From Candidatus Multivoradales bacterium (lineage in GTDB: Bacteria; Acidobacteriota; Thermoanaerobaculia; Multivoradales; JAHEKO01): a DNA stretch of 64,000 nt. Positions within the stretch are counted from its first letter, which is position 1; every line of letters starts with the position of its first letter. Positions 11,535 through 21,310 of this stretch are shown piece after piece. The position numbers were made by a program, and so were the translations under genes. The notes under the pieces are model-generated. The model worked only from the letters and a program-made list of their open reading frames with translations, was not told where the DNA came from and made no database searches. The stretch covers positions 704,001-768,000 of the forward strand of contig CBDCXM010000009.1 in the NCBI GenBank assembly GCA_965223855.1, in the 5' to 3' direction.

Positions 11535-12329
11535 ATGCTCGACAGAATCGCCCACGACTCGATCACCGAGCTGCGACTGGCACGGCCGCCGGCGAATGCG
11601 CTCAATGCCGACCTGCTGGCGACGCTGAGGGAGGCGATCGCCGCCGAGGTGGAGGCGGGGACCGAAGCGATCGTGCTCTCGGGCCGTGAGGGGCTGTTTT
11701 CGGCCGGGCTCGACGTGCCGGAGCTGCTGACGCTCGATCGCGACGGCATCGCGCGGCTGTGGCGCGAGCTCTTCGGTGTCATCCGCGCCCTCGCCTCGTG
11801 CCCGGTACCGGTCGCCGCGGCGGTGACCGGGCACAGCCCGGCGGGGGGCGCCGTGCTGACGCTCTTCTGCGACTGGCGGGTGATGGCGGAAGGGCCCCCT
11901 TCAGAGACTCAGTTCCGGATCGGCCTCAACGAGGTGCAGGTCGGGCTGACTCTCTCGGAGTCGATCTACGGACCGCTGCGGCGCCTCGTCGGGCGGCGCT
12001 CGGCCGAGAAGCTGGCGGTGGCGGGCGCGCTGCTACCGGCAGCCGAGGCGCACCGGCTCGGATGGATCGACGAACTGGCGCCGGTCGGCGAGGTCGTCGA
12101 GCGGGCCGTCGGCTACCTGCGCGGCCTGCTGGCGCTGCCGCGCACGGCGATGCTCTCGACCCGTGCGTTGCTGCGCGCCGATCTGATGGCGATGATCGAC
12201 GAGGACGAAGGGGTCGAGGAGCGGGTGACGGAACTGTGGTTCAGCGACGAGACACAGGCCGCCATGAAGGCGATGGTCGCCCGCCTCGCCGATCGCAAGA
12301 AGGATCCATCGCAGAAGGAGTCGTCATGA
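11535..12329 (+). CDS. Enoyl-CoA hydratase/isomerase family (3,2-trans-enoyl-CoA isomerase-like)
   Basis: FSAGLDV, GHSPAGGAVL, IGLNEVQVG crotonase motifs. Confidence 0.88.
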   Translation: MLDRIAHDSITELRLARPPANALNADLLATLREAIAAEVEAGTEAIVLSGREGLFSAGLDVPELLTLDRDGIARLWRELFGVIRALASCPVPVAAAVTGHSPAGGAVLTLFCDWRVMAEGPPSETQFRIGLNEVQVGLTLSESIYGPLRRLVGRRSAEKLAVAGALLPAAEAHRLGWIDELAPVGEVVERAVGYLRGLLALPRTAMLSTRALLRADLMAMIDEDEGVEERVTELWFSDETQAAMKAMVARLADRKKDPSQKESS

Positions 12330-12664
12330 CGAAAGAACTGGCATCCCGCGAGTGCATCCCCTGCCGTGGGGCGGTCGAGCCGCTCACCGGCGACGCGCTC
12401 GACGCGCTGGCCGCCGAGCTCGACAACGGCTGGCAGGTGGTCGATGGACACCATCTCGAGAAGCGCTACACCTTCCCCGACTTCGCCTCGGCGCTCGAGT
12501 TCACCAACAAGGTCGGTGCGCTGGCCGAGGAGGTCGATCACCATCCCGTGATCGAGCTCACCTGGGGCCGGGTCGACGTCGAGATCTACACCCACAAGAT
12601 CGACGGCCTCCACGAGGCCGACTTCGTCTGGGCGGCGCGGGCCGACGCACTCCTCGACAGCTGA
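12326..12664 (+). CDS. phhB: Pterin-4a-carbinolamine dehydratase
   Basis: CIPCRG N-terminus, AEEVDHHP, YTHKIDGLHEADF; ATGA overlap with the upstream gene. Confidence 0.88.
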   Translation: MTKELASRECIPCRGAVEPLTGDALDALAAELDNGWQVVDGHHLEKRYTFPDFASALEFTNKVGALAEEVDHHPVIELTWGRVDVEIYTHKIDGLHEADFVWAARADALLDS

Positions 12665-12676
12665 GCCCCGGAGGTA

Positions 12677-12689
12677 GGGAATTTTTCCC
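12677..12689. promoter_or_regulatory. Putative enhancer-binding-protein site (left)
   Basis: GGGA-ATTTT-TCCC palindrome ~95 bp upstream of the + strand sigma-54 promoter. Confidence 0.5.
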
Positions 12690-12775
12690 GGGTTGCCCGC
12701 GGGTTGGACCGCCCGTGAGCTTCCTTCTTCGCCGCAGGGTCCGATCCCGGCAGGCTTCCGCGCGACGGTCCGCGC

Positions 12776-12791
12776 TGGCACGCAGGTTGCG
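12776..12791 (+). promoter_or_regulatory. Sigma-54 (-24/-12) promoter, + strand
   Basis: TGGCACGCAGGTTGCG matches TGGCAC-N5-TTGC. Confidence 0.7.
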
Positions 12792-12829
12792 CCGGAAGCG
12801 GTGCATGAGTGAGCCCCGACAGCGGCGCC

Positions 12830-12862
12830 GGGTCGGCGGCAGCACGCGGCGACCGCCGACCC
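12830..12862. terminator. GC hairpin between convergent transcripts (possible terminator)
   Basis: GGGTCGGCGG ... CCGCCGACCC 10-bp stem; no U tract. Confidence 0.45.
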
Positions 12863-12881
12863 GCCCCTCGCCGCGCGGCCG

Positions 12882-13277
12882 CTACGCCGGCTTGCTCTCG
12901 CCGATCGTCAGCAGCGCGATGCAGGTACCCTCCGTGCCCTCGAAGTCGAGCTGCCACGAGCCGGGCAGCGCCGCACTCAGGTCGAGATGCGCCAGGAGGT
13001 CGCCCACCAGAGCTTCCTCGGGCACCTCGAAGCCGATCACCTCGATGCCGCTCTCCTCTTCGGCACGCACTTCGGCGAGCGGGCCGGGATCGCGGCTGAA
13101 CTCGACTGTGAGCGACGAGGCTTCGGCTTCGATCAGCACCTCGGCGGGCGCCAGCGCGGCGCGGCAGAACGGTTCCTCCTCGGCCGCCGCGGCACGGTGG
13201 TCGACGGCGCCTCCCCAACTGGCAAGGGTCACCAGGACGGTGAGCAGGATGAAGGCGGTGGGGTCGAGACGTTTCAT
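12882..13277 (-). CDS. Small exported protein of unknown function
   Basis: MKRLDPTAFILLTVLVTLASWG signal/TM after GAAAGGAA RBS; acidic, beta-rich, two Cys; sigma-54 promoter upstream. Confidence 0.7.
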   Translation of the reverse strand: MKRLDPTAFILLTVLVTLASWGGAVDHRAAAAEEEPFCRAALAPAEVLIEAEASSLTVEFSRDPGPLAEVRAEEESGIEVIGFEVPEEALVGDLLAHLDLSAALPGSWQLDFEGTEGTCIALLTIGESKPA

Positions 13278-13325
13278 TTCGGTTCCTTTCCCGGGCTCCC
13301 CCAGGCACGGTCTGAGATACCCCTG

Positions 13326-13341
13326 CGCAACCCGCGTGCCA
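13326..13341 (-). promoter_or_regulatory. Sigma-54 (-24/-12) promoter, - strand
   Basis: Minus strand TGGCACGCGGGTTGCG, ~50 bp upstream of ATG 13277. Confidence 0.78.
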
Positions 13342-13432
13342 CGGGGGAGGCGACCGGCGACCGTCCAGACTTCGCCTGACGGGAGGCCCGACGGCCTGCC
13401 ACACCCGGCCCGGCGAAGCGAGAGATCTAACA

Positions 13433-13445
13433 GGGAGAACTTCCC
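13433..13445. promoter_or_regulatory. Putative enhancer-binding-protein site (right)
   Basis: CAGGGA-GAACT-TCCCTG palindrome ~100 bp upstream of the - strand sigma-54 promoter. Confidence 0.55.
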
Positions 13446-13469
13446 TGCTTCCTGCACACTGGTGGCTCG

Positions 13470-14843
13470 ATGAGGGACGCCCTTCGCTCCATCCTCGTGG
13501 TCGACGACGAGCCGGCGTTGCGCGAAGTGCTCGACGTGCGGCTGCGCGACGCGGGTTACGAGGTCGCTCTCGCCGGCAGCGGCGAGGAAGCGCGCTCGGC
13601 GCTCGACGCCGGCGACCCCGACCTGGTGCTCTCCGACGTCGTCCTGCCCGATGCGTCGGGACTCGACCTGCTCGATCTCCTCCGCGGGCCGGCGCCGGGG
13701 CGGCCGGTGATCCTGATGACCGCCTTCGGCAGCATCGACGTCGCCGTCGAGGCGATGAAGCGGGGCGCTTTCGACTTCCTCACCAAGCCGCTCGACTACG
13801 ACAAGTTGGCGGCGCTGCTCGAGGCGGCGCGCAGGACCCTCCATCGGCAGCTCGAGACCGAGGCGATCGAGCGCACGCTCGAACAGGAGGCCTCGGTCGC
13901 CGGGCTGATCGGGCGCAGCAAGCCGATGCGCAAGGTGCAGGAACTCCTGCGTACGGTAGCGGAGAGCGAGGCGTCGGTGATCCTGACGGGCGAGAGCGGT
14001 ACCGGCAAGGAGGTCGCCGCGCGGGCGATCCATCGGCTGAGCCGTCGCGCTCGCGGGCCGCTGGTGGCGGTCAACGCAGCAGCGCTCCCGGAAGGGCTGG
14101 TCGAGAGCGAGCTCTTCGGCCACCAGGCCGGAGCGTTCACCGGCGCGACGACCGCCCGCCCCGGCTGTTTCGAGATGGCGGACGGCGGCACGCTCTTCCT
14201 CGACGAGATCGCGGAGATGCCGGTCGAGCTCCAGCCGCGCTTCCTGCGTGTGCTCGAGGACGGCAGGGTGCGCCGGCTCGGGGCCCGCAACGAGATCGCC
14301 GTCGACGTGCGGGTTCTGACGGCCACCAATCGCGACCCGGAGGACGCCGTCCGTGCCGGCAAGCTGCGTGAGGATCTGTTCTACCGGCTCAACGTCTTTA
14401 CGGTCGAGCTGCCGCCGCTGCGCGACCGGCTCGACGATGTCGCGCTCCTCGCCCAGCACTTCATCGAGGCGTTCAACGACAAACATCGCGTCGAGGTCCG
14501 CGGCGTCGCCGCCGACGCGCTCGAGCTGATGACCGGCTATCACTGGCCGGGCAACGTACGCGAGCTGCGCAACGTCGTCGAGCGATCGATGATCCTCGCC
14601 CGCGAGGGATGGATCGAGAGCACCCACCTGCCGCCGTTCCTGCGCGACAGCTCTCTGGCGCGCGGCGCGCGCATCGTGCTGCCGCCGGACATCACCGCCC
14701 AGGAGGCCGAGCGCATCGTCATCCTCGAGACGCTCGAGCGCTGCGGCAACAACAAGTCGCAGGCCGCCCGTCGCCTCGGGCTCGACGTCAAGACGATCCG
14801 CAACAAGCTGCGTACCTACGGTGTGACCGCCGAGCGGCGCTGA
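13470..14843 (+). CDS. Sigma-54-dependent response regulator (NtrC/AtoC/GlrR family)
   Basis: Receiver domain, GESGTGKE, ESELFGH..GAFTGA, HWPGNVREL, Fis-type HTH. Confidence 0.95.
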   Translation: MRDALRSILVVDDEPALREVLDVRLRDAGYEVALAGSGEEARSALDAGDPDLVLSDVVLPDASGLDLLDLLRGPAPGRPVILMTAFGSIDVAVEAMKRGAFDFLTKPLDYDKLAALLEAARRTLHRQLETEAIERTLEQEASVAGLIGRSKPMRKVQELLRTVAESEASVILTGESGTGKEVAARAIHRLSRRARGPLVAVNAAALPEGLVESELFGHQAGAFTGATTARPGCFEMADGGTLFLDEIAEMPVELQPRFLRVLEDGRVRRLGARNEIAVDVRVLTATNRDPEDAVRAGKLREDLFYRLNVFTVELPPLRDRLDDVALLAQHFIEAFNDKHRVEVRGVAADALELMTGYHWPGNVRELRNVVERSMILAREGWIESTHLPPFLRDSSLARGARIVLPPDITAQEAERIVILETLERCGNNKSQAARRLGLDVKTIRNKLRTYGVTAERR

Positions 14844-14846
14844 ATC

Positions 14847-16451
14847 GTGAAGGTCGCGACCAAGATCGTCACCCTCGCCGGCACGCTGATCGTGCTGTTG
14901 ACCGTGGTGCTCGCGCTTCACGTCTGGTGGGTGCAGGAGCTCGCCCGGGCGACCCAGCGGCTGCCGCAGACGATCTTCCGCGTCGGCTCTTCGCAGCTCG
15001 AGATCGAGCGCGGACTCCACGAACTGATCCAGTTCTCGCGCAAGGCGGCGATCGTCCCCGACTGGGAAGAGGGAATCCCGGCGATTCGCGAGCGGGTACA
15101 GGCCGAGATGCGAACCCTCGCCACGTTCGAGCTCGACCCGGCCGAGCAGAACGCGCTCATCGAGCTGCAGAGCCAGTGGCAGACCTACGCCCGTCTCGAC
15201 CCGCTCACCGCCCAGCGGCTCGAGACCGACCCCGACCCGGCGGCCGACCGGACGGAAACCGCGGACCGTGAGGCCGCTCTCGAGGAGCCGGCGGTCGCCG
15301 GAGAGCCGGCCCCGGTCGATCTCGCTCTTCTCGCCGCCCACCTCGAGCAGCTCGGAGAGCTGCGCTCGCGGCTGCGCGAGTTCCAGGAGGCCACCGAGTT
15401 CCACGTCGGGGCACGGCGACGCGAGGCGGCGCGCACCGTGTCGCTCACCAAGCGCATCGCCTGGGCGACCGTCGTCGGGGTGCTCCTGCTGACGCTGCCG
15501 CTCCTGTGGTGGACGATCCGCTCGATTCATCGACCGCTGCGGCGGCTGACCGCCGGGACGCGCGACGTCGCCGAGGGTCGGTTCGCACTGCAGCTCGACA
15601 CTTCGAGCGGTGACGAGCTGGCCGAGGTGGCGGCGAGCTTCAATCGCATGGTCGGGCGGCTGCGGGAGCTCGACGAGCTCAAGCGGGACTTTCTCTCTCA
15701 TGTCTCGCACGAACTCAACACGCCGTTGGTGGCGATGCGCGAGACCAACGAGCTGCTGCTCGACGGGTTGGCGGGACCGCTGACCCGCGAACAGAGCCGC
15801 ATGCTCGAGCTCAATCGGGACGGCGCGATGAGACTGTCGGGAATGATCGGCAAGATCCTCGACTTGTCGCGGCTGGAAGCAGGAGCCATGGAATACGAGT
15901 TCACGACCGTCGATCTCAACGACCTGATCCGCCAGGTGGTCGAGGAGTTCGGCGCCGCGGCTCACGACCGCGACGTCACCTTCGACACCCGCCTCGCCGA
16001 GCCGCCGGTAAGGGCGACCTGCGACCGCGACCGGATGCTCCAGGTGCTCGAGAACCTGGTGTCGAACGCCCTCAAGTTCGCCCCCCGCTCGAGCGTCGTA
16101 CGGATCGAGGTCGAGCGCCCCGACAGGGGCCGCGGCCTGGCCGCGCGGTTGCAACGACCCGGGCGGCGCGCCGTCGTCACCGTCAGCGATCGCGGCCCGG
16201 GAGTGGAGGAGAGCGAGCGCGAGGCGATCTTCGAGCGCTTCCACCGCTCGGGCAGCGACTCGCCGCCCGGCTTCGGGCTCGGGTTGGCGATCAGCCGCGA
16301 GATCGTCGAAGCACACGGCGGCCGGATCTGGGTGCGCGACAACCCTCCCGGCGGGAGCACCTTCGGCGTCGAAGTCGCCGCCGCAAACGAGCCGGTGACG
16401 GCCGAGGTCGATCCGGGGACGCCCCGGGCGGCGGCGGGAGGAGCGTCATGA
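14847..16451 (+). CDS. HAMP sensor histidine kinase
   Basis: Two TMs, HAMP, SHELNTPL H-box, NALKF, DRGPG, GFGLGL. Confidence 0.93.
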   Translation: MKVATKIVTLAGTLIVLLTVVLALHVWWVQELARATQRLPQTIFRVGSSQLEIERGLHELIQFSRKAAIVPDWEEGIPAIRERVQAEMRTLATFELDPAEQNALIELQSQWQTYARLDPLTAQRLETDPDPAADRTETADREAALEEPAVAGEPAPVDLALLAAHLEQLGELRSRLREFQEATEFHVGARRREAARTVSLTKRIAWATVVGVLLLTLPLLWWTIRSIHRPLRRLTAGTRDVAEGRFALQLDTSSGDELAEVAASFNRMVGRLRELDELKRDFLSHVSHELNTPLVAMRETNELLLDGLAGPLTREQSRMLELNRDGAMRLSGMIGKILDLSRLEAGAMEYEFTTVDLNDLIRQVVEEFGAAAHDRDVTFDTRLAEPPVRATCDRDRMLQVLENLVSNALKFAPRSSVVRIEVERPDRGRGLAARLQRPGRRAVVTVSDRGPGVEESEREAIFERFHRSGSDSPPGFGLGLAISREIVEAHGGRIWVRDNPPGGSTFGVEVAAANEPVTAEVDPGTPRAAAGGAS

Positions 16452-17041
16452 GCCGCCGGACCATACTCGGCGCCGCCCTGATCGTCCTGGCGACGGCGTG
16501 CGTGCCACGGCACGCCGACCGGCTTTTCCTCGCGCAGGACTATCCTTCCGCGATCGCCGCCTACGAGGCGTATCTGGTGCGGCGCGGCGAGTTCTCGGCC
16601 GACGACGCGCCGATCCTGCTGCGTCTGGCGCTCGCCTACGATCGTGCCGAGGAGCCGCAACGCGACCTCGAGACTTCGCGCTACTACCTGCAGCTACTCT
16701 CCCGGCAGTTTCCCGACACCCAGGAGGGGATCGCGGCACAGATGCTGCTCGACGGAGCACGCGCCCGGGTCGAGGCCTCGCGGCTCGCGGTCCAGATCCG
16801 TCAGCGCGACGAGCGCCTCGCCGCCCTGCAGCGGGTGCTCGATCTCGTCGCCGAAGAAAAGCGCGAGCTCTCGGACGAGGTCGCCGGCCGCGAACGCGAG
16901 CAGCAGGACCTCGAGGGGCGGGTGCGCGAACTCACCCGGCAGGCACGGGTGCTCTCCTCCGAAATCGCCGAGCTCGAGGGGGAGCTCGAGGCGCTCAAGC
17001 AGATCGACCTCGAGAGCGTCGCCGGCGAGCCGCCTCCCTAG
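16448..17041 (+). CDS. Lipoprotein with TPR-like region and coiled coil (QseG/YfhG-like accessory factor)
   Basis: Lipobox LATAC, helical N-terminal domain, long coiled coil ending LEALKQIDLE; overlaps the kinase stop. Confidence 0.7.
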   Translation: MSRRTILGAALIVLATACVPRHADRLFLAQDYPSAIAAYEAYLVRRGEFSADDAPILLRLALAYDRAEEPQRDLETSRYYLQLLSRQFPDTQEGIAAQMLLDGARARVEASRLAVQIRQRDERLAALQRVLDLVAEEKRELSDEVAGREREQQDLEGRVRELTRQARVLSSEIAELEGELEALKQIDLESVAGEPPP

Positions 17042-17074
17042 CCCTGAGAACCGCTCAGCCCGCGCCGTCTGGCT

Positions 17075-17257
17075 CTAGCCTGCATAATTCACGAGTTCCC
17101 TCCTGCAAGGTCGATTTGCCCGCCATCTCGGGCCGTCCTCGCTCCTCGCCTCCTCGACGTGCTGCAAGTACGCCTGCGGGGCTCGTCGCTGCGAGTGGCC
17201 CGATCTGACGGACACCTCGACCTTGCGCGACGGGATCTCATGAATCATGCAGGCTAG
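17075..17257. mobile_element. 183-bp MITE-like element, family B copy 1
   Basis: CTAGCCTGCATAATTCACGAG ... CTCATGAATCATGCAGGCTAG terminal inverted repeats; inverted near-identical copy at 37817-37999 (2 differences by eye). Confidence 0.88.
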
Positions 17258-17943
17258 AGCCAGAAGCTGAAGCCGTCGCGCTCGAGCTGGCGGTAGCGCC
17301 GCCGGTCGAAGCGGTAGAGCCGCGGGGCGCGGTAGGCGACTCCCTGCTGCACCTCTCCGGTGTCGACGAGCAGCCCCATGGCGAGGATCTTGCGCCGGAA
17401 GTTGCGTTTGTCGAGCTTCTCGTCGAGGACCACCTCGTAGATCTGCTGGAGCTGCGTGAGGGTGAAGCGCCGCGGCAGCAGCTCGAAACCGAGCGGGGCG
17501 TAGCGCACCTTGCCCTGCAGGCGTTGATGGGCGACGTCCAGGATCCGATCGTGGTCGAAGGCGAGCGGCGGCGGCGCAGCCACCGGATGCCATGCGACCC
17601 GCGCCGCATCGGAGGCCGCCACCGGGCGCGCGCGACGGGAGTCGACCAGGGCATAGTAGGCGACGCTCACCACCCGGCCGCGCGGGTCGCGCTCGGGAGC
17701 GCCGAAGGTGTAGAGCTGCTCCAGGAAGACGTCCGTGAGGCCGGTCTCTTCCTCTAGCTCTCTGCGCGCGGCGCTCTCGAGGTCCTCGTCCATGTCGACG
17801 AAGCCTCCCGGCAATGCCCAGGCACCGGTGTGCGGCTCGTGCGCCCGCTCGATCAGCAGCACTTCGAGACCGTCCGCTCCGATCGCGAAGACGACACAGT
17901 CGACCGTCAGCGCCGGCCGCGGATGCTCGTAGGTGGGGCTCAC
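17254..17943 (-). CDS. nrtR: NrtR-family regulator (Nudix + winged HTH)
   Basis: WALPGGFV...[11 protein letters not shown] Nudix box, [27 protein letters not shown]; downstream of nadE. Confidence 0.88.
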   Translation of the reverse strand: MSPTYEHPRPALTVDCVVFAIGADGLEVLLIERAHEPHTGAWALPGGFVDMDEDLESAARRELEEETGLTDVFLEQLYTFGAPERDPRGRVVSVAYYALVDSRRARPVAASDAARVAWHPVAAPPPLAFDHDRILDVAHQRLQGKVRYAPLGFELLPRRFTLTQLQQIYEVVLDEKLDKRNFRRKILAMGLLVDTGEVQQGVAYRAPRLYRFDRRRYRQLERDGFSFWL

Positions 17944-19913
17944 TCCGCGGTCGCCGCTCTCAGCCGTTCGACCTCTCGCGCCAGTCTCTCGAGCTCACGC
18001 TCGAAGCCGCCGGAGAGGATCGGGAAGCGGCACCAGGTCTTCGGATCGAGGTTCTTGTCATCGAGGTGGAACGACGGCGCATAGCGCTCGCGCTTCCACT
18101 GGTTGCGGCACCACAGACGGAAGAAGCGGGTGACGTAACCGCCCAGCCGCGGCACCTCGATCTCCGGGAAGGCGGCTCTCATCTCGCGGAACACCTCGAG
18201 CGGCGTGTGCTTGTCACGAATCGCCGCCCCCTCGATCGCGTCGAGCAGCGGGTAGGGCATGAGATCGCCCTCGTCGGTCTGCTCCTCGCCGGGAGGCCGC
18301 AACTCCGCCGTCGGCGGCTGCGCGTTGACCGCCGCCAGCGCCGGGAGGCGCGGCTCGAGCCATGCGAGCCAGCGGCGCAGGAACGCCTTGTCGATGCCGG
18401 CGATCGGGGAGAGACCGCCGCAGGTGTCGCCGTCCATGGTCGCGTAGCCGACCGCCGCCTCCGAGCGGTTGGAGGTGGCGAGCAGCAGAGCATTCTCGAG
18501 GTTGGCCAGCATCCACACGGACGGGCCGCGGGCGCGCGCCTGGATGTTCTGGAGAGTCAGGTCGTCACGCTCCCAGCTGAGCTCCCGGCCGACCGCCGCC
18601 TCGACCCGCTCGCGATAGCCGGTCACCAGACCGTCGACGTCGATCTCGAAGTAGGTGGCGCCGATCGCCGCTGCGACCCCGCTCGCCGCGGCGCGCGTCG
18701 TCTCGGAGCTGTTGCGGGTCGGCTGGTAGACGCAGGTCAGAAGCCGGGCGACGATCTCGGCGGCGGACTTCGCGCCGCCCAGGTCGATCGACTCCAGACG
18801 GGCGTCGAGCCCGTCGCGGCCGAGCTCATCGAGCGCCAGCGCCACCATCTCGGCCACCAGGCACGCCACTGCCGCCGAGTCGGCGCCGCCCGAGAGCGAG
18901 ACGACGAAGCCGCCCGAGCGGCTCTTGCGCAGGTAGTCGAAGAGCCCCAGCGAGACGGTACGCCGGAACTCCTCTTCCTTGACAGCGTCGCCAGCCTCCC
19001 ACCCATCGGTGTCCGGCTGCGCCGGTTCCGGATCGAGGGCGGGGAAACGGATCGGCGCTGCCAACGGGGCCTCGTGGCGAGGCTTGAAGCCCGACGTCTG
19101 CGCCTGACGCATCCGATTCTCGGAGAGATCGACGACCGCGGTGGCGATGCCGTGATCGGCGAACGAGAAGCGCTCGGCGGCGGCGACGATCCGGCCGTCG
19201 TGAGCGATCAGCGTGCCGCCGTCGTAGATCACCCGCCCGGCCTCGTTGCCGAGGAGGTTGCTGTAGAGATAGGTGACGCCGAACGCTCTCGAACTCTCGG
19301 CGACGTAGCGTCTCCTCACCTCCTGCTTGCCGAACGCGAAGTGACTGGCGCTCGGATTGAGGATGACGTCGGCACCGGCCAGGGCGAGGTCGGTCCCGGG
19401 GCGATCGGCCACCCAGGCGTCTTCGCAGATCTCGAAGCCGACCAGCACGCCGCCGCAGTCGAACAGGAGGTCACCGAGCGGCAGGCGCCGACCGGCGATC
19501 TCGATCTCCTCGCGCAGATCGTCCGGCCAGGGCTTGAACCAGCGCGGCTCGTAGTGAACCCCGTCGCCCGGCAGGAACTGCTTCGCCACCACGCCGATCG
19601 GCTCGCCGTCGACCGCCACGCACATCACGTTGTAGATCGCTTTGCGGTGGAGGATCGGCAGCCCGAAGCAGGTGACGAGGCCGCGGGACGCCGGCAACAG
19701 CTCCTCGAGGACCTCGATCGCCGTCTCGTGGACACCGGTCGAGAAGAAGGCGTCCTCGCAGCCGTAGCCGCTGATCGCCAGCTCCGGCAGGCAGACGATC
19801 GAGGCGCCGATGCCGCGACACTCCTCGAGCGCCGCGACGATGCGATCGCGATTGCCGTCCCAGTCGAGCGGCGTCTGATTGAGAGAGGCGGTGGCGACGC
19901 GGATGAGCTGCAT
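17940..19913 (-). CDS. nadE: Glutamine-dependent NAD+ synthetase
   Basis: Nitrilase domain ([17 protein letters not shown]), [28 protein letters not shown]. Confidence 0.93.
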   Translation of the reverse strand: MQLIRVATASLNQTPLDWDGNRDRIVAALEECRGIGASIVCLPELAISGYGCEDAFFSTGVHETAIEVLEELLPASRGLVTCFGLPILHRKAIYNVMCVAVDGEPIGVVAKQFLPGDGVHYEPRWFKPWPDDLREEIEIAGRRLPLGDLLFDCGGVLVGFEICEDAWVADRPGTDLALAGADVILNPSASHFAFGKQEVRRRYVAESSRAFGVTYLYSNLLGNEAGRVIYDGGTLIAHDGRIVAAAERFSFADHGIATAVVDLSENRMRQAQTSGFKPRHEAPLAAPIRFPALDPEPAQPDTDGWEAGDAVKEEEFRRTVSLGLFDYLRKSRSGGFVVSLSGGADSAAVACLVAEMVALALDELGRDGLDARLESIDLGGAKSAAEIVARLLTCVYQPTRNSSETTRAAASGVAAAIGATYFEIDVDGLVTGYRERVEAAVGRELSWERDDLTLQNIQARARGPSVWMLANLENALLLATSNRSEAAVGYATMDGDTCGGLSPIAGIDKAFLRRWLAWLEPRLPALAAVNAQPPTAELRPPGEEQTDEGDLMPYPLLDAIEGAAIRDKHTPLEVFREMRAAFPEIEVPRLGGYVTRFFRLWCRNQWKRERYAPSFHLDDKNLDPKTWCRFPILSGGFERELERLAREVERLRAATAE

Positions 19914-19940
19914 CAGGGGCTCCCGTGGAAGCGAACCCCC

Positions 19941-19962
19941 AAAGTGTACCATCCACACTCTT
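19941..19962. promoter_or_regulatory. Putative NrtR operator
   Basis: AAAGTGT-ACCATCC-ACACTCTT, an imperfect palindrome with the GT-N7-AC core of NrtR boxes, ~30 bp upstream of nadE. Confidence 0.65.
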
Positions 19963-19991
19963 GCGTCGAGCGGTGAGATACTGCCCCCGGC

Positions 19992-21272
19992 ATGGCCTCC
20001 GCACCGACCGCACTTCGCGTCGTCTCGCGCTGGCAGATCGTCGCCCTGGCGCTGAACGACGTCATCGGGTCGGGTATCTACCTGCTTCCCGCGGCGGCCG
20101 CCCTGCTGCTCGGCGGCGCCAGTATCGGGGCGGTGGTCGTGGCCGGCGTCGCGGTGCTTCTAGTGGTGCTGTGCTTCGCCGAGGCGTCGAGCCATTTCGA
20201 CCAGCCTGGGGGCGCCTATCTCTATGCCCGCGAGGCGTTCGGCGACTTCATCGGCTTCGAGGTCGGATGGATGACGTGGCTGGCCAGGGTCGCTTCGGTC
20301 GCGTCGCTCGCCGCCGGGTTCGCTCAGGCGCTCGGTTATCTGTGGCCGGCGGCCGACGGCGGTGCCGGGCGCGTCGTCGCGATCGTCGTGCCGACGCTCG
20401 TACTGACGGCACTCAATCTGATCGGGGTCCGCAGCGGAGTCCGCACCGCTGTCGTGCTGGTGGTGGGCAAGCTCGTCCCGCTAGCCTTCTTCGTCTTCGT
20501 CGGCTGGCGCTTCACGAGCGCCGACACGCTGGCGGCTCAGCCGGCCGGCAGCGGCGACCTCGGAGCGGCGGCGCTGCTGCTGCTCTATGCCTACGCCGGG
20601 TTCGAGAACACGACCGCCCCCGCCGGTGAATACCGCGACCCGCGCCGTGACCTGCCGTTCGCCCTGCTGGTCCACATCGCCGTCATCACCACGCTCTACG
20701 TCACGATCCAGTGGATCGCGCTCGCCACCCTGCCCGATGCCGGCGCTTCCGGGACGCCGCTCGCCGATGCGGCGCGGCGCTTCGGCGGCCCGGCGGCCGG
20801 TCTCCTGTTGACCGTCGGCGCGACGCTGTCGATCCTCGGTACCCAGAGCAACACGATCCTCATCGGGCCGCGCTACCTCTACGCTCTCGCTCGCGACGGC
20901 TACGGCCCGCGAGCGCTGGCCCGGCTCCACCCGCGCTTCCGCACACCGGCGGCGGCACTCGTCCTTCAGGTCGGGCTCGCTCTGCCATTGGCGCTCACCG
21001 GAAGTTTCGCCCGGCTGGCGATGCTCTCGGTCGTCGCCCGGCTGGCGACCTACTTCGGCACCATCGCCGCAGTGCCGGTGCTGCGACGGCGCGCCACCCC
21101 CGGGGCGTGGCGGCTGCCGGGAGGACTCGCGATTCCGCTCGCGGCCGCGGTGGTGACGGCGGGGCTGGCGGCAAGCGCCACCCGCGGCCACCTGCTGGCG
21201 GCCACCGCGGCCCTGCTCGTCGGCGCACTGCTTTTCCGATGGCGTCGCAGCGGCGAGACCGATCCCCCGTAG
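19992..21272 (+). CDS. APC-family amino acid permease
   Basis: IGSGIYLLP, GGAYLYAREAFG, YAYAGFE, HPRFRTP; about 12 TMs. Confidence 0.9.
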   Translation: MASAPTALRVVSRWQIVALALNDVIGSGIYLLPAAAALLLGGASIGAVVVAGVAVLLVVLCFAEASSHFDQPGGAYLYAREAFGDFIGFEVGWMTWLARVASVASLAAGFAQALGYLWPAADGGAGRVVAIVVPTLVLTALNLIGVRSGVRTAVVLVVGKLVPLAFFVFVGWRFTSADTLAAQPAGSGDLGAAALLLLYAYAGFENTTAPAGEYRDPRRDLPFALLVHIAVITTLYVTIQWIALATLPDAGASGTPLADAARRFGGPAAGLLLTVGATLSILGTQSNTILIGPRYLYALARDGYGPRALARLHPRFRTPAAALVLQVGLALPLALTGSFARLAMLSVVARLATYFGTIAAVPVLRRRATPGAWRLPGGLAIPLAAAVVTAGLAASATRGHLLAATAALLVGALLFRWRRSGETDPP

Positions 21273-21310
21273 CCCGAAGGCCGCGCGACAGGTTGCCGCA
21301 CGGCCGCGAC

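Noticed and set aside
11381-11535. Integrative element at tRNA-Asn
   Set aside because: No integrase and no duplicated tRNA 3' end seen in the window
12882-16316. 1144-aa minus-strand ORF
   Set aside because: Antisense shadow of the regulator/kinase genes in high-GC DNA; only the last 131 codons (from ATG 13277) look real
17075-17250. Identical peptide MIHEIPSRKVEVSVRSGHSQRR... in two ORFs
   Set aside because: Simply the translation of MITE family B, with no evidence that it is expressed
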